A model generated the notes under the pieces. That model was not told the DNA's origin and did not search any database. It saw only the letters and a list, made by a program, of their open reading frames with translations. A stretch of DNA of 64,000 nt, taken from the NCBI RefSeq assembly GCF_009914755.1, contig NC_060946.1. One strand, given 5' to 3'. The translations under genes were made by a program, and so were the position numbers. The stretch is from the human T2T-CHM13v2.0 reference genome, Homo sapiens. The first letter of the stretch is position 1. Each line of letters starts with the position of its first letter. This document shows, in pieces, positions 43,216 to 59,609 of this stretch.

Positions 43216-43349
43216 AGGTTTATGGCTAAATTATTCAAGCTAGCTCATGTGTCATTCAGAAGCAGAAATGTACATATATATGGCAATTAAAATACCCATA
43301 CAAATAAATACAGATACTTAAAGTCAATTCATTCTAGAATAGAAATGGA

Positions 43350-45040
43350 TTATGTTACTTCTAAATTCTGGGAATGGTAAAATAGCTTATACTGAACTAA
43401 CCTTTCCATGAATGGAATTATAAACTCCAGGTCAATTGTAAAGACAAATATCTAGGTTATTATAAAGATGACTGCCTGAAGGCACTGGGATGTGCAAGCC
43501 AAAGCAAGCAGAAATTGGATGTATCTGCTGCCAACCAAAAGGAGAAAACATAGTGTGTTACAGGGTGATCAACACATTCAACTGCATGAAGTTAAAATAT
43601 TAATATTTTTCTTTTCTTGAGTTCTTTAAAGAAATGTACATTTAAAGCAAAAATAATAATCAATTTTGATATTTATATCATATATGAAAGAAAAATGTGT
43701 AACAGCAAGAGCACAATAGGCAGTCAGGGAAAAGAGAAGGCTCTGACATTGTATGCAAAAGGCGTATTATTTACTCAAGATGAATCATGATGAATTAGGG
43801 ATGAGTATTGTGGATCTCTTGAGCAAGCACTGAAGGAAAAATAGAAGAGGTATAGGTGAAAAGCCAGCTGAGGTTATAGAATGGAATACTAAAAAATACT
43901 TGACTCAGCCAAAATAAAGCAGGAAAGAAAAGAAAAAGAATCAAAGTGTGTGGGAGAATGGAGAAAACAAGTAGCAAAGTGGTACACTTAATCCCAAACA
44001 TATCTACAATTACATTAAATGTAAATGGATCAAACACACCAATTATAAATCACAGTTTCTCAGGCTAGATTAAAAATGAAAGACTCAACTACATCCTGTC
44101 TATGAGAGGGACGTTTTAAATGGAAAGACACAGATAAGGTGAAAGTAAAGGATTAAAAAAGATATGACATGCAAGCAAGAAGCAAAAGAAACTTGGGTGG
44201 CTATATCAGACATAGTAAAGTTCCAGGAAAAGTGTTATACAGGTGAAGAGGGCCATTTCATAGTGACAATTGAAAAAATCCATCAAGAAGTTGAAAAACA
44301 CAAACTAAAACTTAATGTATATAATATCTAATGAAGGAACTTCCAAAATACATGAAGCAAAAATTGACAGAACTAACGGAAGAAAAAACTCTCTAATAAT
44401 ATAGTTGGAAACTATAATACCTCTCTCTTTGCAATTGATAGAAGAACAAGACAAAAACCAGTGAAGATATGAAAGATCTGAAGAACACAATTAGCCACCT
44501 GGTCCTAGTTGATAATCATAGAACATACACCCAACAAATGAAGAACACACTTTCTTTTCCAGTATAGATGATACATTCACCAGGGTAGTTGCAATGTAAG
44601 ACAATAAAACAAGTCACAATACATTTAAACGGAATCAAATCATACAGAGTATTTATCTGAAGCAAACGGAATTAAGTTAAAAATATGTAATGATGATTTA
44701 CCTATAAAAAGTAGCAAATGTTGAGGTGACAACTCTCCCTATTGACCTATAAATGGAGAGAAATCGCAATCAAAATCCCAGCAATTTTTAAAAATTGATA
44801 TTGATGAATTGAAACCAAAATATGTACAGAAACATAAAGATATTAGTATAGCTGGTGAAATTTTGAAAAAGAAAAATTTGGGGTAATTATACCACCTTAT
44901 TTCAAAATTTAATACAATGATAATGATCAAGACTGTGTGGGACAGTCTCAAGTCAAGACCAGTGGATGAACTGAGCAGAAGGGAAACCAGAAATAGACAC
45001 ATGTGGCCTGTGAATTGATTTCTGACAAAGGTGCTATTTT
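43350..45040 (+). mobile_element. Old L1M fragments (inter-ORF and ORF2)
   Basis: 'caattacattaaatgtaaatggatcaaacacaccaat', 'aaaatacatgaagcaaaaattgacagaact'. Confidence 0.8.
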
Positions 45041-45299
45041 AAATTTTTATTTTCATCATTACTTCTAACATAGCTGGCATTAATTTTGGTATTTATTGAG
45101 AGATAAGATTACAAGATTTTTCCCCCAAAGCACAAATCAAATATCCCAGAGCATTTCAGTGCAAAATCCAAATTTTCACAAAAAAAGTATGTATTTAATT
45201 GTAATGAATTATTTTTTCTCATTAAAGAAATAAATGTTTACATTTAAAACTGTAAGAGAATGATGAAGATACTAGCATCGTCTGAATTTGTGAAGTTAT

Positions 45300-45620
45300 A
45301 TGATATATCATAACACAGGCATGTTGTCCATCCATGTCCCATTGCTGTGGGTTGGCAGGGATGGGGTGGAAAGTTCTCGCTCCACGAAGACACTCGAGGA
45401 TCCAGGTGTCTCTCTTCTTGTGACTCTACTATCCCAGGGTCTTGGTGTCCTCATCTGGCTGGCAAAAGTGGGGGGAAAAGAAGTAGCATAGGACCTCAAG
45501 ATTGGACCTAAAAGCAGCACATGTCACTCTGCCCCAGTCCACTGGCCAGAACTCAGTCACACACTCTCCTCATCGAAGGCGAGGCCAGGAAATGCAGGCT
45601 GACCTTGGGCTGGGAGGACA
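45300..45620 (-). mobile_element. MLT1J/K-type LTR fragment
   Basis: 'tccactggccagaactcagtcacac...gaggccaggaaatgcagg'. Confidence 0.6.
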
Positions 45621-46044
45621 TGGAAGGGCCCGGTAGACACATGGCACGCACCCAAGTGCTGGGCATTGTGAGAGCTTTCTCTGTGCCGGGCTCTGCTTGT
45701 GAACAAGAGCCCTCTGAGACAGTGATGGGAACCATCTGCATCACAGAAGCACAAGCTCTGGTGATGATGAAACCAGATCAGCAGTGTGCAGACGGAGGCG
45801 GTGAGGTGGACTCAGGAAACATTGAGCAGGACTTGGAGATTAACTAGACAGTGAAGGAGAAGAAGGTCCCCTAGAGACCTACACTTCTTAATGTTGAAGG
45901 CCTGAGCTGCAGGGGAGGCCACAGATTGAGCTGGGGCCACATCAGGGAAACACAGGTGGGTGGACTGCTGCCCCGAGCAATCGAGGCTGAGCTGAGGGTT
46001 TGCCACACTCCCCAGTGCAGCCCCTGCCGACTCTCCCACTGCCC

Positions 46045-46275
46045 CTTCACAGTAGAGAAGGGCAGAAAGGTGCTCGGGCTCCAGAGCCAGACCTCGTGGG
46101 CATCAATACCCCTGCTGCTCTTGGTAGCTGGGGGACCGTGCCTTGGGATGTTGCATAATCTCTCTGCACTTCAGCATCCTCTCTTATAAAATGGGGACAG
46201 CAGTAGCTCCTACTGCATGCCAGTGTTGGGAGGCTCAATGATTTCAGTGACACCTGTGAAACTATGCCTGATGTG
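46045..46275 (+). mobile_element. MIR
   Basis: 'ctctctgcacttcagcatcctctcttataaaatggggaca'. Confidence 0.7.
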
Positions 46276-47950
46276 GCCAGTTAGATATCATCCTATTACA
46301 AGGTAGTCTCAATCCACACCCAGTGGTACTCTACCCCTAGTGCCAGGCTTCCATGCCAGGCTTCCACGACTTTACTCCCTGGGGTCCCACCTTCCTGTGG
46401 TGCCCCACCCTCCTCTCACCCCTCCTCTTTCTGAGTCATTCCTTGGAATTCTGCAAGGCGCAGCTCAGCTCCAGGCTCTCTAGGGTGTCCTGGCTGACTG
46501 CTCCCCACCAGGGTTATCCTGGGAGCTCCCAAGGCACCCTGATCTTGGGTCTCCACGGTTTCATGAGGAGCTTAAGCTAGAAGTGGATGGAGGAGAGGGG
46601 GCTGAGGAGAGCTCTCTGGCCTCTAGTCTTTTCCCAGCACCCTGACACCTGATGCAGAGACTTCAGCCTCTAGCCATGGCTGCCAGCTTCCTGGTCCTGA
46701 TGCTACCCTTGGGCTGAGAAGATGACAGGGTGGAAAACTACCAGGATGCTGTCCTGCAGCCATGTGACAGGGAGCGTTTCCAAGTGTTTCCAAGCACATT
46801 TGGCTCGTTTCTCCCTGCGAGAGTGAGTTAAATGCTTTAAGACAGGACATGTTGTCCTGAGAGACTGATTTGCAATTTATTCGAATGTAAAAATAACTGG
46901 ACAATAGCAGTTTCTCCCTTGAATCTTTCTCATCTGGTAGGAAATAAAATTGTTATGTGTTATAATAAAGATTGTATTTTTGTATCTGTGGCTTTTATGA
47001 AGTGCTAACACTGCTGTGGGTGAATTCTTTGAGAAAATCAAAAGATAAATCTTGGAAAAAGAGTTAGCAGCTCTTAAAACAGACCTTAGATTAAAACGTT
47101 GTGAGGTCTGTAAGCGCAGGCTGGAAGTGTTGCTTTGCTTTTCTTCCTTTGTTTGTTTACACCTTGCCTTGCTTCAAAGAGGACTGAAGGTGGAAAACTG
47201 AGTCAGATCAGGAATTTCCACATCCTGTGAGGACGGCCCTCAGCTTTGGGGCTGGGACAGCTTCTGTGGACTCCTGGAGAAGACACATGACCAGGACCAG
47301 ACTGGCCCTGGCGAGATCCAGGCAGATTCTCCTAGCTGTGCTGTCAATCCAGGGCAGCAGCCACCTTGGCTCATGGTACTAGTGGGAAGCTACCAGAGAT
47401 CTCACCTTGTGCCCCCAACCCCACAGGTTAGAGGAGCTCCTGATGGATCACTGAGCGATTCTCCTGCCTTCAGAAGATTCCCAACCAAGCCGCCCAAGAA
47501 CAAGGGTCAGCTCCTTTACAAAACTCAACTTCCTTCTTCTAAAAGAAGATAACTTCCCACTTCCCATAACATGACGTCCGCAGTCACAGACCCCACATCT
47601 AAAGCCTCCCGCAAACCAGCCCACCGGGCTCACCCAGCCAACCTCTTTTAGCTCTTGGCTCCAGACGACTCTAGGTGATGGAGAGATAGAGAGCTCTTCA
47701 GAAGAAAACGTCTGGAGTACATTCCAAATGCAAGCAGAGCTAATTGGGCAGCTAAGTTAAGCCACAGTGGCATTTGTAGGAACACTTTCCCACATGGCCA
47801 CACGAGCTGTGAGTTCCAGGGAGACAGGGTCCATGCCATGTCCACCTTGTTGAACATCTCACACACTAGCATGCACTCACACACTAGCATAGCAGATGCT
47901 TAAAAAGTGCTATTTAATTGCAGTCTTTTAGGAAAAACCCAACCTAATGA

Positions 47951-48289
<339 letters not shown>

Positions 48290-48498
48290 TGCCACTTCCT
48301 TTAGGTATATAGCATACACACACATCTACCCCAAGGAAAACTTTTAAAAGACAACAGACCAGATAAACACACGTGGCCATCTTGGACCATGGGGCAGCCA
48401 ACAATGTGAGCACCATCAGCCCAGATGGGCCCAGAATGGCAGAACTGCGTAGCCAACACATGTGTCATGAGAAATGTTACATGGCTGTTTTTTTATGA

Positions 48499-48696
48499 TG
48501 GAGTTTCTCAACCTCGGCATTTCTACTAGACACTGCTTTGCACAGGGAGGCTGCCTTGTGTGATCCAAGAAGTTGAAAACATTCCTGGCCTCTACTGTAC
48601 AGGGCCAGTAGCCCCCTCCCCCACATCCTGACAATAAAAATGTCTCCATACACTTCCACGAGTCTTCTGGGGAGCAAACTGAGGTGGAGAACCTGC
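48499..48696. mobile_element. MER20 (hAT-Charlie)
   Basis: 'gtttctcaacctcggca...cattcctggcctctac...gacaataaaaatgtctcca...gagaacc'. Confidence 0.8.
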
Positions 48697-49142
48697 TTTA
48701 ATCCTCTGACTTTAGAGACAAATTGTCATGCGGTCTGTGTGAATGTGGCAAGGGCTAACTCCTGCACAAAGCCCAGAAATAGGGTGTTCTCCCTGAGGAA
48801 TGTGGGAGATGCCCTGTCATCTGAAGGCTTCCTTCTGTCCCACGCTGCCATTGCCACTTGCCACGGTGAGGGGTGCTGTCCCTGCCTCTGTGAGAGCACC
48901 TGAGCTCCCCAGCCACCGAGGCCCACCATGGAGACAAGCCTAGGCACCACATCACATTCCCAACCCTAGACATCCTGTCCAACTTCCAGGAGTGCCCCTT
49001 GCCCTCCACAGCTGCCCTCCCATGCTCAACTTGACTCTTTCTAGGGATACAAACAAACAGTTAGGACGTGTCTACAATGACCTTAGAACGCAGGATCAAC
49101 ATCTGCATGGAACAGTAAACCTGGAATTGAGAAACGTGGCAA

Positions 49143-49646
49143 GCCCACCCAGCATTGCAGGCGGTAAGCTCAGCACTGGGTGCACCATGCCCACTCAGCA
49201 TTGCAGGCAATAAGCTCAGTGCCAGGTGCATCATGCCCACCCAGCATTGCAGGCGGCAAGCTCAGCACCGGGGGCACCATGACCACCCAGCATTGCAGGC
49301 GGCAAGCTCATCACCGGGTGCACCATGCCCACCCAGCATTGCAGGTGGCAAGCTCAGCAGCGGGTGCACCATGCCCACCCAACACTACAGGCGGCAAGCT
49401 CAGCACCGGATGTACCATGCCCACCCAGCATTGCAGGCGTTAAGCTCAGCACCGGGGGCACCATGCCCACCCAGCATTGCAGGTGGTAAGCTCAGTGCCA
49501 GGTGCACCATGCCCACCCAGCATTGCAGGCGGCAAGCTCAGCACCGGGTGCACCATGCCCACCCAGCATTGCAGGCAGTAAGCTCAGTGCCAGGTGTACC
49601 ATGCCCACCCAGCATTGCAGGTGGTAAGCCCAGCGCCAGGTGCACC
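49143..49646 (+). repeat. Minisatellite, 11 x 46 bp, no indels
   Basis: Consensus gcccacccagcattgcaggcggyaagctcagcaccgggtgcaccat; units start at 49143 + 46n. Confidence 0.98.
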
Positions 49647-51568
49647 CAGCCTCCAGTCTCTGATCCCTCTGCAGGTAGGCACATCCCCTGGGGTCTTCCT
49701 CAGCCGACTGTCAACCCCTTTCAAATGTGCATTGGGTTGCTGCTGCCGCCACGTTCTTTCTCCCAGGACCTGTGCGGCTCTCTGGATCTCACTCTGCTCC
49801 GTTTCATGTTGGTCAAAAGTTGGACCGATACATGTCACCGTTACTGGGGAGAAGGTCATCTCATGCCCCGTTCCCCTCCCTTGGAGGTCACCAAGCTGCT
49901 CACATTTGGATGTTCTGCTCTTATCCACTTACTGCTGATCTAAAAGGCTGCCAGGTTTAATAGGACCCAGTGGTGGGCCCCATAGTGAGTCATGGAATGC
50001 ACAACCTTTAATAACAAAAGCCTTAAGGATGGAGGAAAAACAAGGTGGGCGATCTTAAAACTGTTAAACCCCTGCCTCCTTCACTGCGCCATCGGCCCAG
50101 AGGGGTGCTCTTATTAGGAAGTCAGATGGGAAGGCTGGGTCGGGGGCAGCTCTGGAGTCTCTTGCAATCCTGTGAAAATGGGGGATGTAAGAGGTGAAAT
50201 ATGAAGGCACTTGGGTGGGGTTTGGAGGGACAGGGGCCCCAGTACTGGTCCTCCACAGGCCAAGCCCAGGACACTGGGAAGGGGTGGCTTGAGAGAGGGG
50301 AAAATGTCAGGGCAGAGTCTTGGGAGTGGGTGCTGCCCGGAGGGGCTCCAGTCCCATTTGTGGATGACAGGAGAAGTCACAGGTCACAGGTCTGGGAAAA
50401 GTCCTGGCCATGTTCTCCTTTCTCCTCCCCTTTTTCCCCTAGGGGAGCCTGCCCCAGGCTAGCCCTCTAGTCACCCTTCCTCCCACCTCTCCACCAAAGC
50501 CACCCCTTCTGGGATCTGTCCCAGGTGACCAGAAAGCTTTCCCTCTGCCTGGCCCATTGAACTCCTGGAACCCCATTGCCTTGACCAAGGACACAATTGC
50601 ACATGGTGAGACTTCGGCTGCAGGCTGAGGCTGGGCTTGGCACTGTCCACTCAGGTCTGCTAATTTCTGGTGTCCCTTGCTTCTCTCAGTCACTGTAACC
50701 TTTTGGGGTGTTCCACAGCTATGGTGCCCCTTTTCATCCTTTACCTCCTGCAACCTTCATGAGCTTCTTGGAAGGAGTTAGCACTTCATCGCCTGACAGA
50801 AGAGGAAATTGAGGTGCAACATCAGGCCTTGAGCCCCGGCCGCAGGTCCTGGGCTGCTGTCCTCAGAAACCCCCCACACCACAAAGGGCCAGTATGTCCC
50901 TCAAACTCTCTGTTTTCCTTTTTTAGGCGCTGACGGAAGCACGATTGTCACTGAATTCATTATTGGAGATGAATGTGACCATGTTGGCCAATTCTCCTGA
51001 GTTTTCACGGTTTCTCACTAACAATGAATGCCTCATTATCAACAGCAAAACGGGGCTCTGGGGGTGTGAGCCGCACACTCCTCTGGCTGGGCCCATTCAG
51101 CAGGCATCCAGCATCCGTCCTGAGTGCTGGGCTGTGGGGAGGTCTGAGGAGGTGACCCAGCCATCCTCATCAGCATCACCAGCCCCATGGGCTTCAGGAG
51201 GGGCTGCCCTGGAGAAGTATCCGTGGCTCAGAGGTTTAGGGATTGTTGGCTTGAAGAACCTCCTTTCCTGTTCCTCTGCCCATTTTCTGGGCTCTGATAA
51301 GTTGGGCTCAGTGTGGGAGCACACGCACCTCTCCACCTCCTCAGGGGCCAGCCCTGGCTCCAGCAGATCCAATTCAGCCTTCCCAGAGCAGGAGCCGGGG
51401 ATCCGCATCAAGGTGGGTCTGGTGAGACTGCAGAGGTGAGGCCCTCTAAGGTGACCCTGGGTCAGCCCCTTATACTTGGTGGGTGTTCAGTAGCTGTGTA
51501 ATCAGATAAAGAGACAGGTGGGCTTTGTTTTGTTTCCACAGAAAGTGTGGACCAAATTGGGATTCTTT

Positions 51569-52935
51569 CCAGCCACATGCTGGAACCAGCTCATGCTGGC
51601 TTGGGAGAGAAGACGGTTAATTTTCCAGGAATATTGTGAGGCAGGTGCAAACGTAGGTGAAGTGGGTTGAATAGTGCTCCCTTCCCCCAAGAAAAGATAG
51701 GTCCCACCAGATCTGTTCATGGCGAGTGTCCTTATCTGGAAAGGGGTCTTGGCAGATGTAATTGAGTGAAGGCCTCCGAGGTTTCTGATGGGCTCTAAAC
51801 CCCGTGGCAGATGTCCTTATTAGAGAAAGATGGGGGCTATGAGAGTCACACACACAGGACAGAACGCCTTGGGGTGATGAAGGCAGAGATTAGGGCAATC
51901 TGTCCACAAGCTAAGATGCAGTTGGAGCCACCAGAGGCTGGAAGAGGCAGGAAAGATCCTCCCTCAAATCCTTCAGAGGGAGGGTGGCCCTGCCTACACC
52001 TTGATTGCAGACTTCTGGCCTCCAGAACCCTGAGCAGATGAATTTCTGTTGTTTAAGCCCCCAAGTTTGTGGTAACTTGTGATGGTAGCCTGAGGAAGCT
52101 AATACAATAGGCATGATTAAAAATTATACTATATAAATTTACAATTCAATAAAATAAGGGCAATGCATACTTAAAACTCAGCCCTTCCTAATTGTCTAAT
52201 TACAGTTCACTAGGAGTTTTGCTTCTGAAATCTCATTTGTGTCTATTTCTTCCATATGGTGGAATTGCTCTGTAATGACACGCTGCCACTCACCACTTCT
52301 CAGCTGAACCTCCAGTGTGGTGTGAAGCTTCAAGTCAACCCTGGTGGGGGTATTTACACCACGGAAATTGGCAAACATGACAAGACAGTGCTTGGTTCAT
52401 GGTTTTGTTGATTATCTGGAGGTAAAGCGGGGAGAAACTGCCACTGATGTACATCTAATGCCAAGGTGTGCTCTTGTTATTGTTGTTACATTTTTTATAG
52501 CACTGAAAAATGAAGAAATATTCATCTAGACCTTGGGAACTCATACCCAACCCAGAGCCGTTGTAGGGGTCATTGGCCAATGAGTGAACTTCCAGCATGT
52601 GTCTTCGTTGTTTTACTTTTATTGTCTGCATTCCCTATAAGTTTTGTGCTTAATGTATGTAAATATGTAAATTGTATGCATGACACATACATTTGAGGGT
52701 TTTTTTGTAAATAAAAATAACCAATGTTCACGTAGAAGCTATGCACATTCATCAATTGCAATTATAGTTTGTCAGCACATACAAGACTTCAGCAAACACT
52801 CAATGAAAATATTCTGTGAGAATTAATTGCCTAGATGGAATTTACAATAAACAGTGTGGTATATAGACTATTATCATTTACAAATTATGTAACACACATC
52901 CTCTATGTTAGTAAAATTAACAACAAACACATACT
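51569..52935. mobile_element. MER63 (hAT-Blackjack) element split by an MLT1C LTR
   Basis: 'tgctggaaccagctcatgctggcttgggagag...taattttccaggaat' resumes after the LTR as 'attaaaaattatactatataaatttacaat'; also 'gtatttacaccacggaaattggcaaac'. Confidence 0.75.
51658..52106 (+). mobile_element. MLT1C solo LTR
   Basis: 'gggttgaatagtg...gggtcttggcagatgtaatt...cttctggcctccagaac...aagctaataca'; 5-bp flanks gtagg/atagg. Confidence 0.88.
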
Positions 52936-53837
52936 CTGAAGGTTGAGGTGTTGGATGAGGTTCTGGCTTGCCTTAAAAGGGGTTTTGTTCCTAACCTTCT
53001 TTGGGATGAGGTAGGTAGAGTCATTTTAGAACTGAGGCCACTGAGACATAGGAGTGGTTTGACTGTGTCCCTCTGACCAGGTGTTCCCACTGTGTCCCCT
53101 CGAGGGCCTGGACAACTCTCCCTGCACCATTAATTGATAAATAAATTGGAGAGAGAAGCACAGCTCTCCCTGGGGTCTTGACCCCCGAGCTCTTTCCATT
53201 GGGTCACCTGCCCCAATACGAACCCCTCCACTTCTGCCTTCTGGTCACCCTTACCAGATTAGGTGAATCCTCCCTTCTGAAGAACTGAGTCAACGCATGC
53301 TTCCACATTTTCCTTAAAACCTCAAGGATTCGTGTAACACATAGAGAAACAGGTGCCAGAGGGAGGTTAAAAGGACGAGTAGGATCCATGAAACTGCTTT
53401 TGCTTGAGATAGGAGCATTGGCCTCATCTCGAGGGGAGGCAAAGCACAGAAAAAAGCCAAAGCAGTGTAGGTTAACAGTGGAGACCTGATTCAGTCAAGT
53501 GGAAGGGACGGAAGTCTGATGAATTTTCAGTGGAGGTGGCACTGAAGCCATTTATTTCATCATTTATTCTTCCGGCAGGCACTGGGGCAATTCCTGGGCA
53601 CAAGATACTGTTCCCGGCACTGCACATATGTTATCTCGATTAGTCCTTACAACAGCCTTCCACAGTAGCTGTTACCAGCCCCATCTTAAAGAAGATGCAG
53701 GTGAGAAAATGTCAGTGTCAGACCAAAGTTGCCATCATTAGCGAATAACACTATGATATTTTCACCCAGCACTGATGACAAGACTCTTTCCACAAACCCA
53801 TGTCATCTCTGCTCACATTTTAAATATGAAGTATATT

Positions 53838-57100
<3,263 letters not shown>

Positions 57101-57245
57101 TATTATTCTGAGTGTGATGCGGAGGAGAGTGGGTCTGGAGAAGAACCCTCAGCTACCTTGATCATTCAGTTCATGCAGATCTTACCTGATATTACAGTTC
57201 TCTAGACCACGCATGCCCCTGGTCACTTAAAATATATTCCATATT

Positions 57246-57375
57246 GGAAAAATAACTAATGGGCACTAGGCTTAATACATCGGTGATGAAATACTCTGTA
57301 CCACAAACCTCCGTGACACAAGTATACCTGTATAACAAACACATGTACCCCTGAACTTAATAAAAGTTAAAAAAA
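57246..57375 (+). mobile_element. Very short 5'-truncated L1PA (old L1PA-like) 3' end
   Basis: 'ggaaaaataactaatgggcactaggcttaatac...acatgtacccctgaacttaataaaagttaaaaaaa'. Confidence 0.85.
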
Positions 57376-57764
57376 TACTCCATATATAAATACATAAATA
57401 CATAAATAAATAAATAAAAGTTAAAATATATACTCCATATTTTGCTCTCCCTTTCCAGGTCTCTAATGCATAAATGAAGTTGAATCAGTAGTTTAAATAC
57501 ACTAAGAAAAAGACTTGTTTAAGAGGGAAGCACTGGCAAACTTCCAAAGACAAGATGTTTACAAACCTATACACATTTGTCAGACACGAAGAAAAGAGGC
57601 AATATCTCCAACTCATCCTACAAGCCTATTCTAATCTTGATACTCAAACCGGACAAAGCTAGCATGAGCAAAGAAAATGATAGAGAGGCGAGGCTCCTGC
57701 ATAAAATTACATGGAAAAAAAAATCCCAATCCTGACATTCACATGAAGCCGCCTCTCCCTTCCC

Positions 57765-57776
57765 TCCTTTCTTTTC

Positions 57777-57809
<33 letters not shown>

Positions 57810-58019
57810 TTTTGGTTTTTTTTTGAGGCAGAGTCTCACTCTTGTTGCCCAGGCTGGAGTCCGGTGGTGCAATCTCAGCTCACTGCAACCTCCGCCTCCT
57901 GGGTTCAAGCGATTCTCCCAAGCAGCTGGGATTGACAGGCGCCCACCACCACACCCGCCTATTTTTTTTTTTTTTTTTTGTATTTTTAGGAGAGACAAGG
58001 TTTCACCATGTTGGCCAGG
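57765..58019 (-). mobile_element. 5'-truncated AluS with internal deletion
   Basis: Ends at 'catgttggccagg'; 'gattctcccaagcagctggg' lacks 'tgcctcagcctcc'. Confidence 0.93.
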
Positions 58020-58341
58020 GTCTTTTCTCTTCTTCATTCTTCCCTCTCTCCTCCCCGCTTCCATTCATTATCCCTCCTTTTTCTCCTCTTCCTTCCTTTT
58101 TCTTTGATTTTCTCTTCTTGTCCTCCTATGTCTTTCTCCAAGACCACATACAGTTTATTCCAAGAATTACTTGATTTAATATTTTAAATTGCATCAATCT
58201 AATTTACCACATTACCACGTTAAAGGAGAAAACCCATGTAATTATTTAAATAAATGCATGCATATAAATGAGTTAATATAATTTGAAATCACCCCTGATC
58301 AAAAGTAAAACCAAAAATATCTTTTACCAAAGTAAATGTGA

Positions 58342-59310
58342 TTCTATCAGGATCCTCAGAAAATATAGAAATTATCCTAGGTATTTCAAATGAAGGGAAT
58401 TTAACACAGAGATGATTTATTCATGTATTGGAAGGCATAAAGAAAAATTTTTTTAACAAGGTAATTCGTATGTAATAAATTACGGAAGCAGTTGTCACCA
58501 CTGGGCTGAAGTTACTGAAATTTTAAAGTGGATTAAAATTTAATGTGTATGGGGAATAGATGCTAACTCACTGCTGGGGGTGGCCCAGAGAGCCTCCCCC
58601 CAAACCCACACGCACCGAAAATGATGGGTGCTCAGAGCTCGGGCTGGCGTCCCTGTATGTGTGTGGTGTGGTATGTGGCGATTCTCGAGAGATGGCTGAT
58701 GGTGCCTTGCACGGGTCTTGGCACTGGGAGCACGTGGAAGTCGGATGAGGTGATTTGGGCTCCAGCTTCCTCTGCTGCAGGACAGGTGCTGACAGTGCCT
58801 GCAGCCAGAAAAACGTCTAATGGTCTCTTTTCAGTAAATCAGCAATATTGAAGACATAACTATTGAAAATATTTGTAACATCAATGTAAGGTACATAGGA
58901 AGAAATCTAACTAGATACGTGCACAACCTCACTAGAATATTATACATTTATTTTGAAAAACAGAAATATGTTGAAATACATTCCATATTTAAAGTGATAG
59001 AGATTCAGTATAGTCTCCCTAAATTGAGTCATAGATTCAGTGAAAATCTCCATACAGGTCTTTGTAGAAATTGGCGAAATGATTCTAACAGTTACATGGA
59101 AGAACAAGGACCAACAGAAAAAAGCCTCTCTTCTCCTCCTCCTGCTTTCCGTACTCCCAGCAGATCCTCCCACTAGCAGGGCCCAACTGGAAGCCAGCCA
59201 GCAAAGGAGTCTGGGAAATTTAATTTGCAGGAGCTAAGCCCTGGCATCCCCAAGCAGGGTACAGAGCGGGAGGCTCTTAGTGGAGATGAACAGGTAAACA
59301 CCCAGGTCTC
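58342..59310. mobile_element. Old LTR (LTR78/LTR33-like) carrying an inserted L1 copy
   Basis: 'ctaggtatttcaaatgaagggaatttaacacag' ... 'cccaactggaagccagccagcaaaggagtctgggaaat'. Confidence 0.5.
58817..59118 (+). repeat. ~300-bp direct duplicate of 59714-60006 (L1 ORF2 segment)
   Basis: Long identical runs, e.g. 'tgaaaatctccatacaggtctttgtagaaattggcgaaatgattctaacagttaca'; ORFs 58919 and 59795 give near-identical peptides. Confidence 0.95.
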
Positions 59311-59482
59311 CATCAGGAGCCTTCAGGATAGCCCCCACCTAATAACAAAGCAGGGAACCTAAAAAAAAATTATAAATAAAAAGAAATAAGTCTAATATCA
59401 TACCTTTTATATGAAAGGTTTAGACAGTATGATAAAATAAGGTTATATATACGTAAAAGCACATATGATATATAAATAGATA

Positions 59483-59598
59483 TACAATACTTCCCTTTAC
59501 ATTATATATATATATATATAAAATGTAAAAAGGGAAAAATTTCTCTTTACATTTTATATATAATACATAATATATATAATGTAAAGGGAAATATTGTA
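59483..59598. repeat. AT-rich nested inverted repeat
   Basis: Outer arms tacaatacttccctttacattatatata / tatatataatgtaaagggaaatattgta pair with one mismatch. Confidence 0.9.
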
Positions 59599-59609
59599 AC
59601 TATTTGGAG

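Noticed and set aside
49143-49646. CRISPR-like appearance of the regular array
   Set aside because: Units are contiguous with no unique spacers, there are no cas genes, and the context is eukaryotic.
49155-49943. 262-aa ORF, the longest in the track
   Set aside because: It is read-through of the 46-bp minisatellite cycling through three frames. It starts at TTG and has no recognisable domain.
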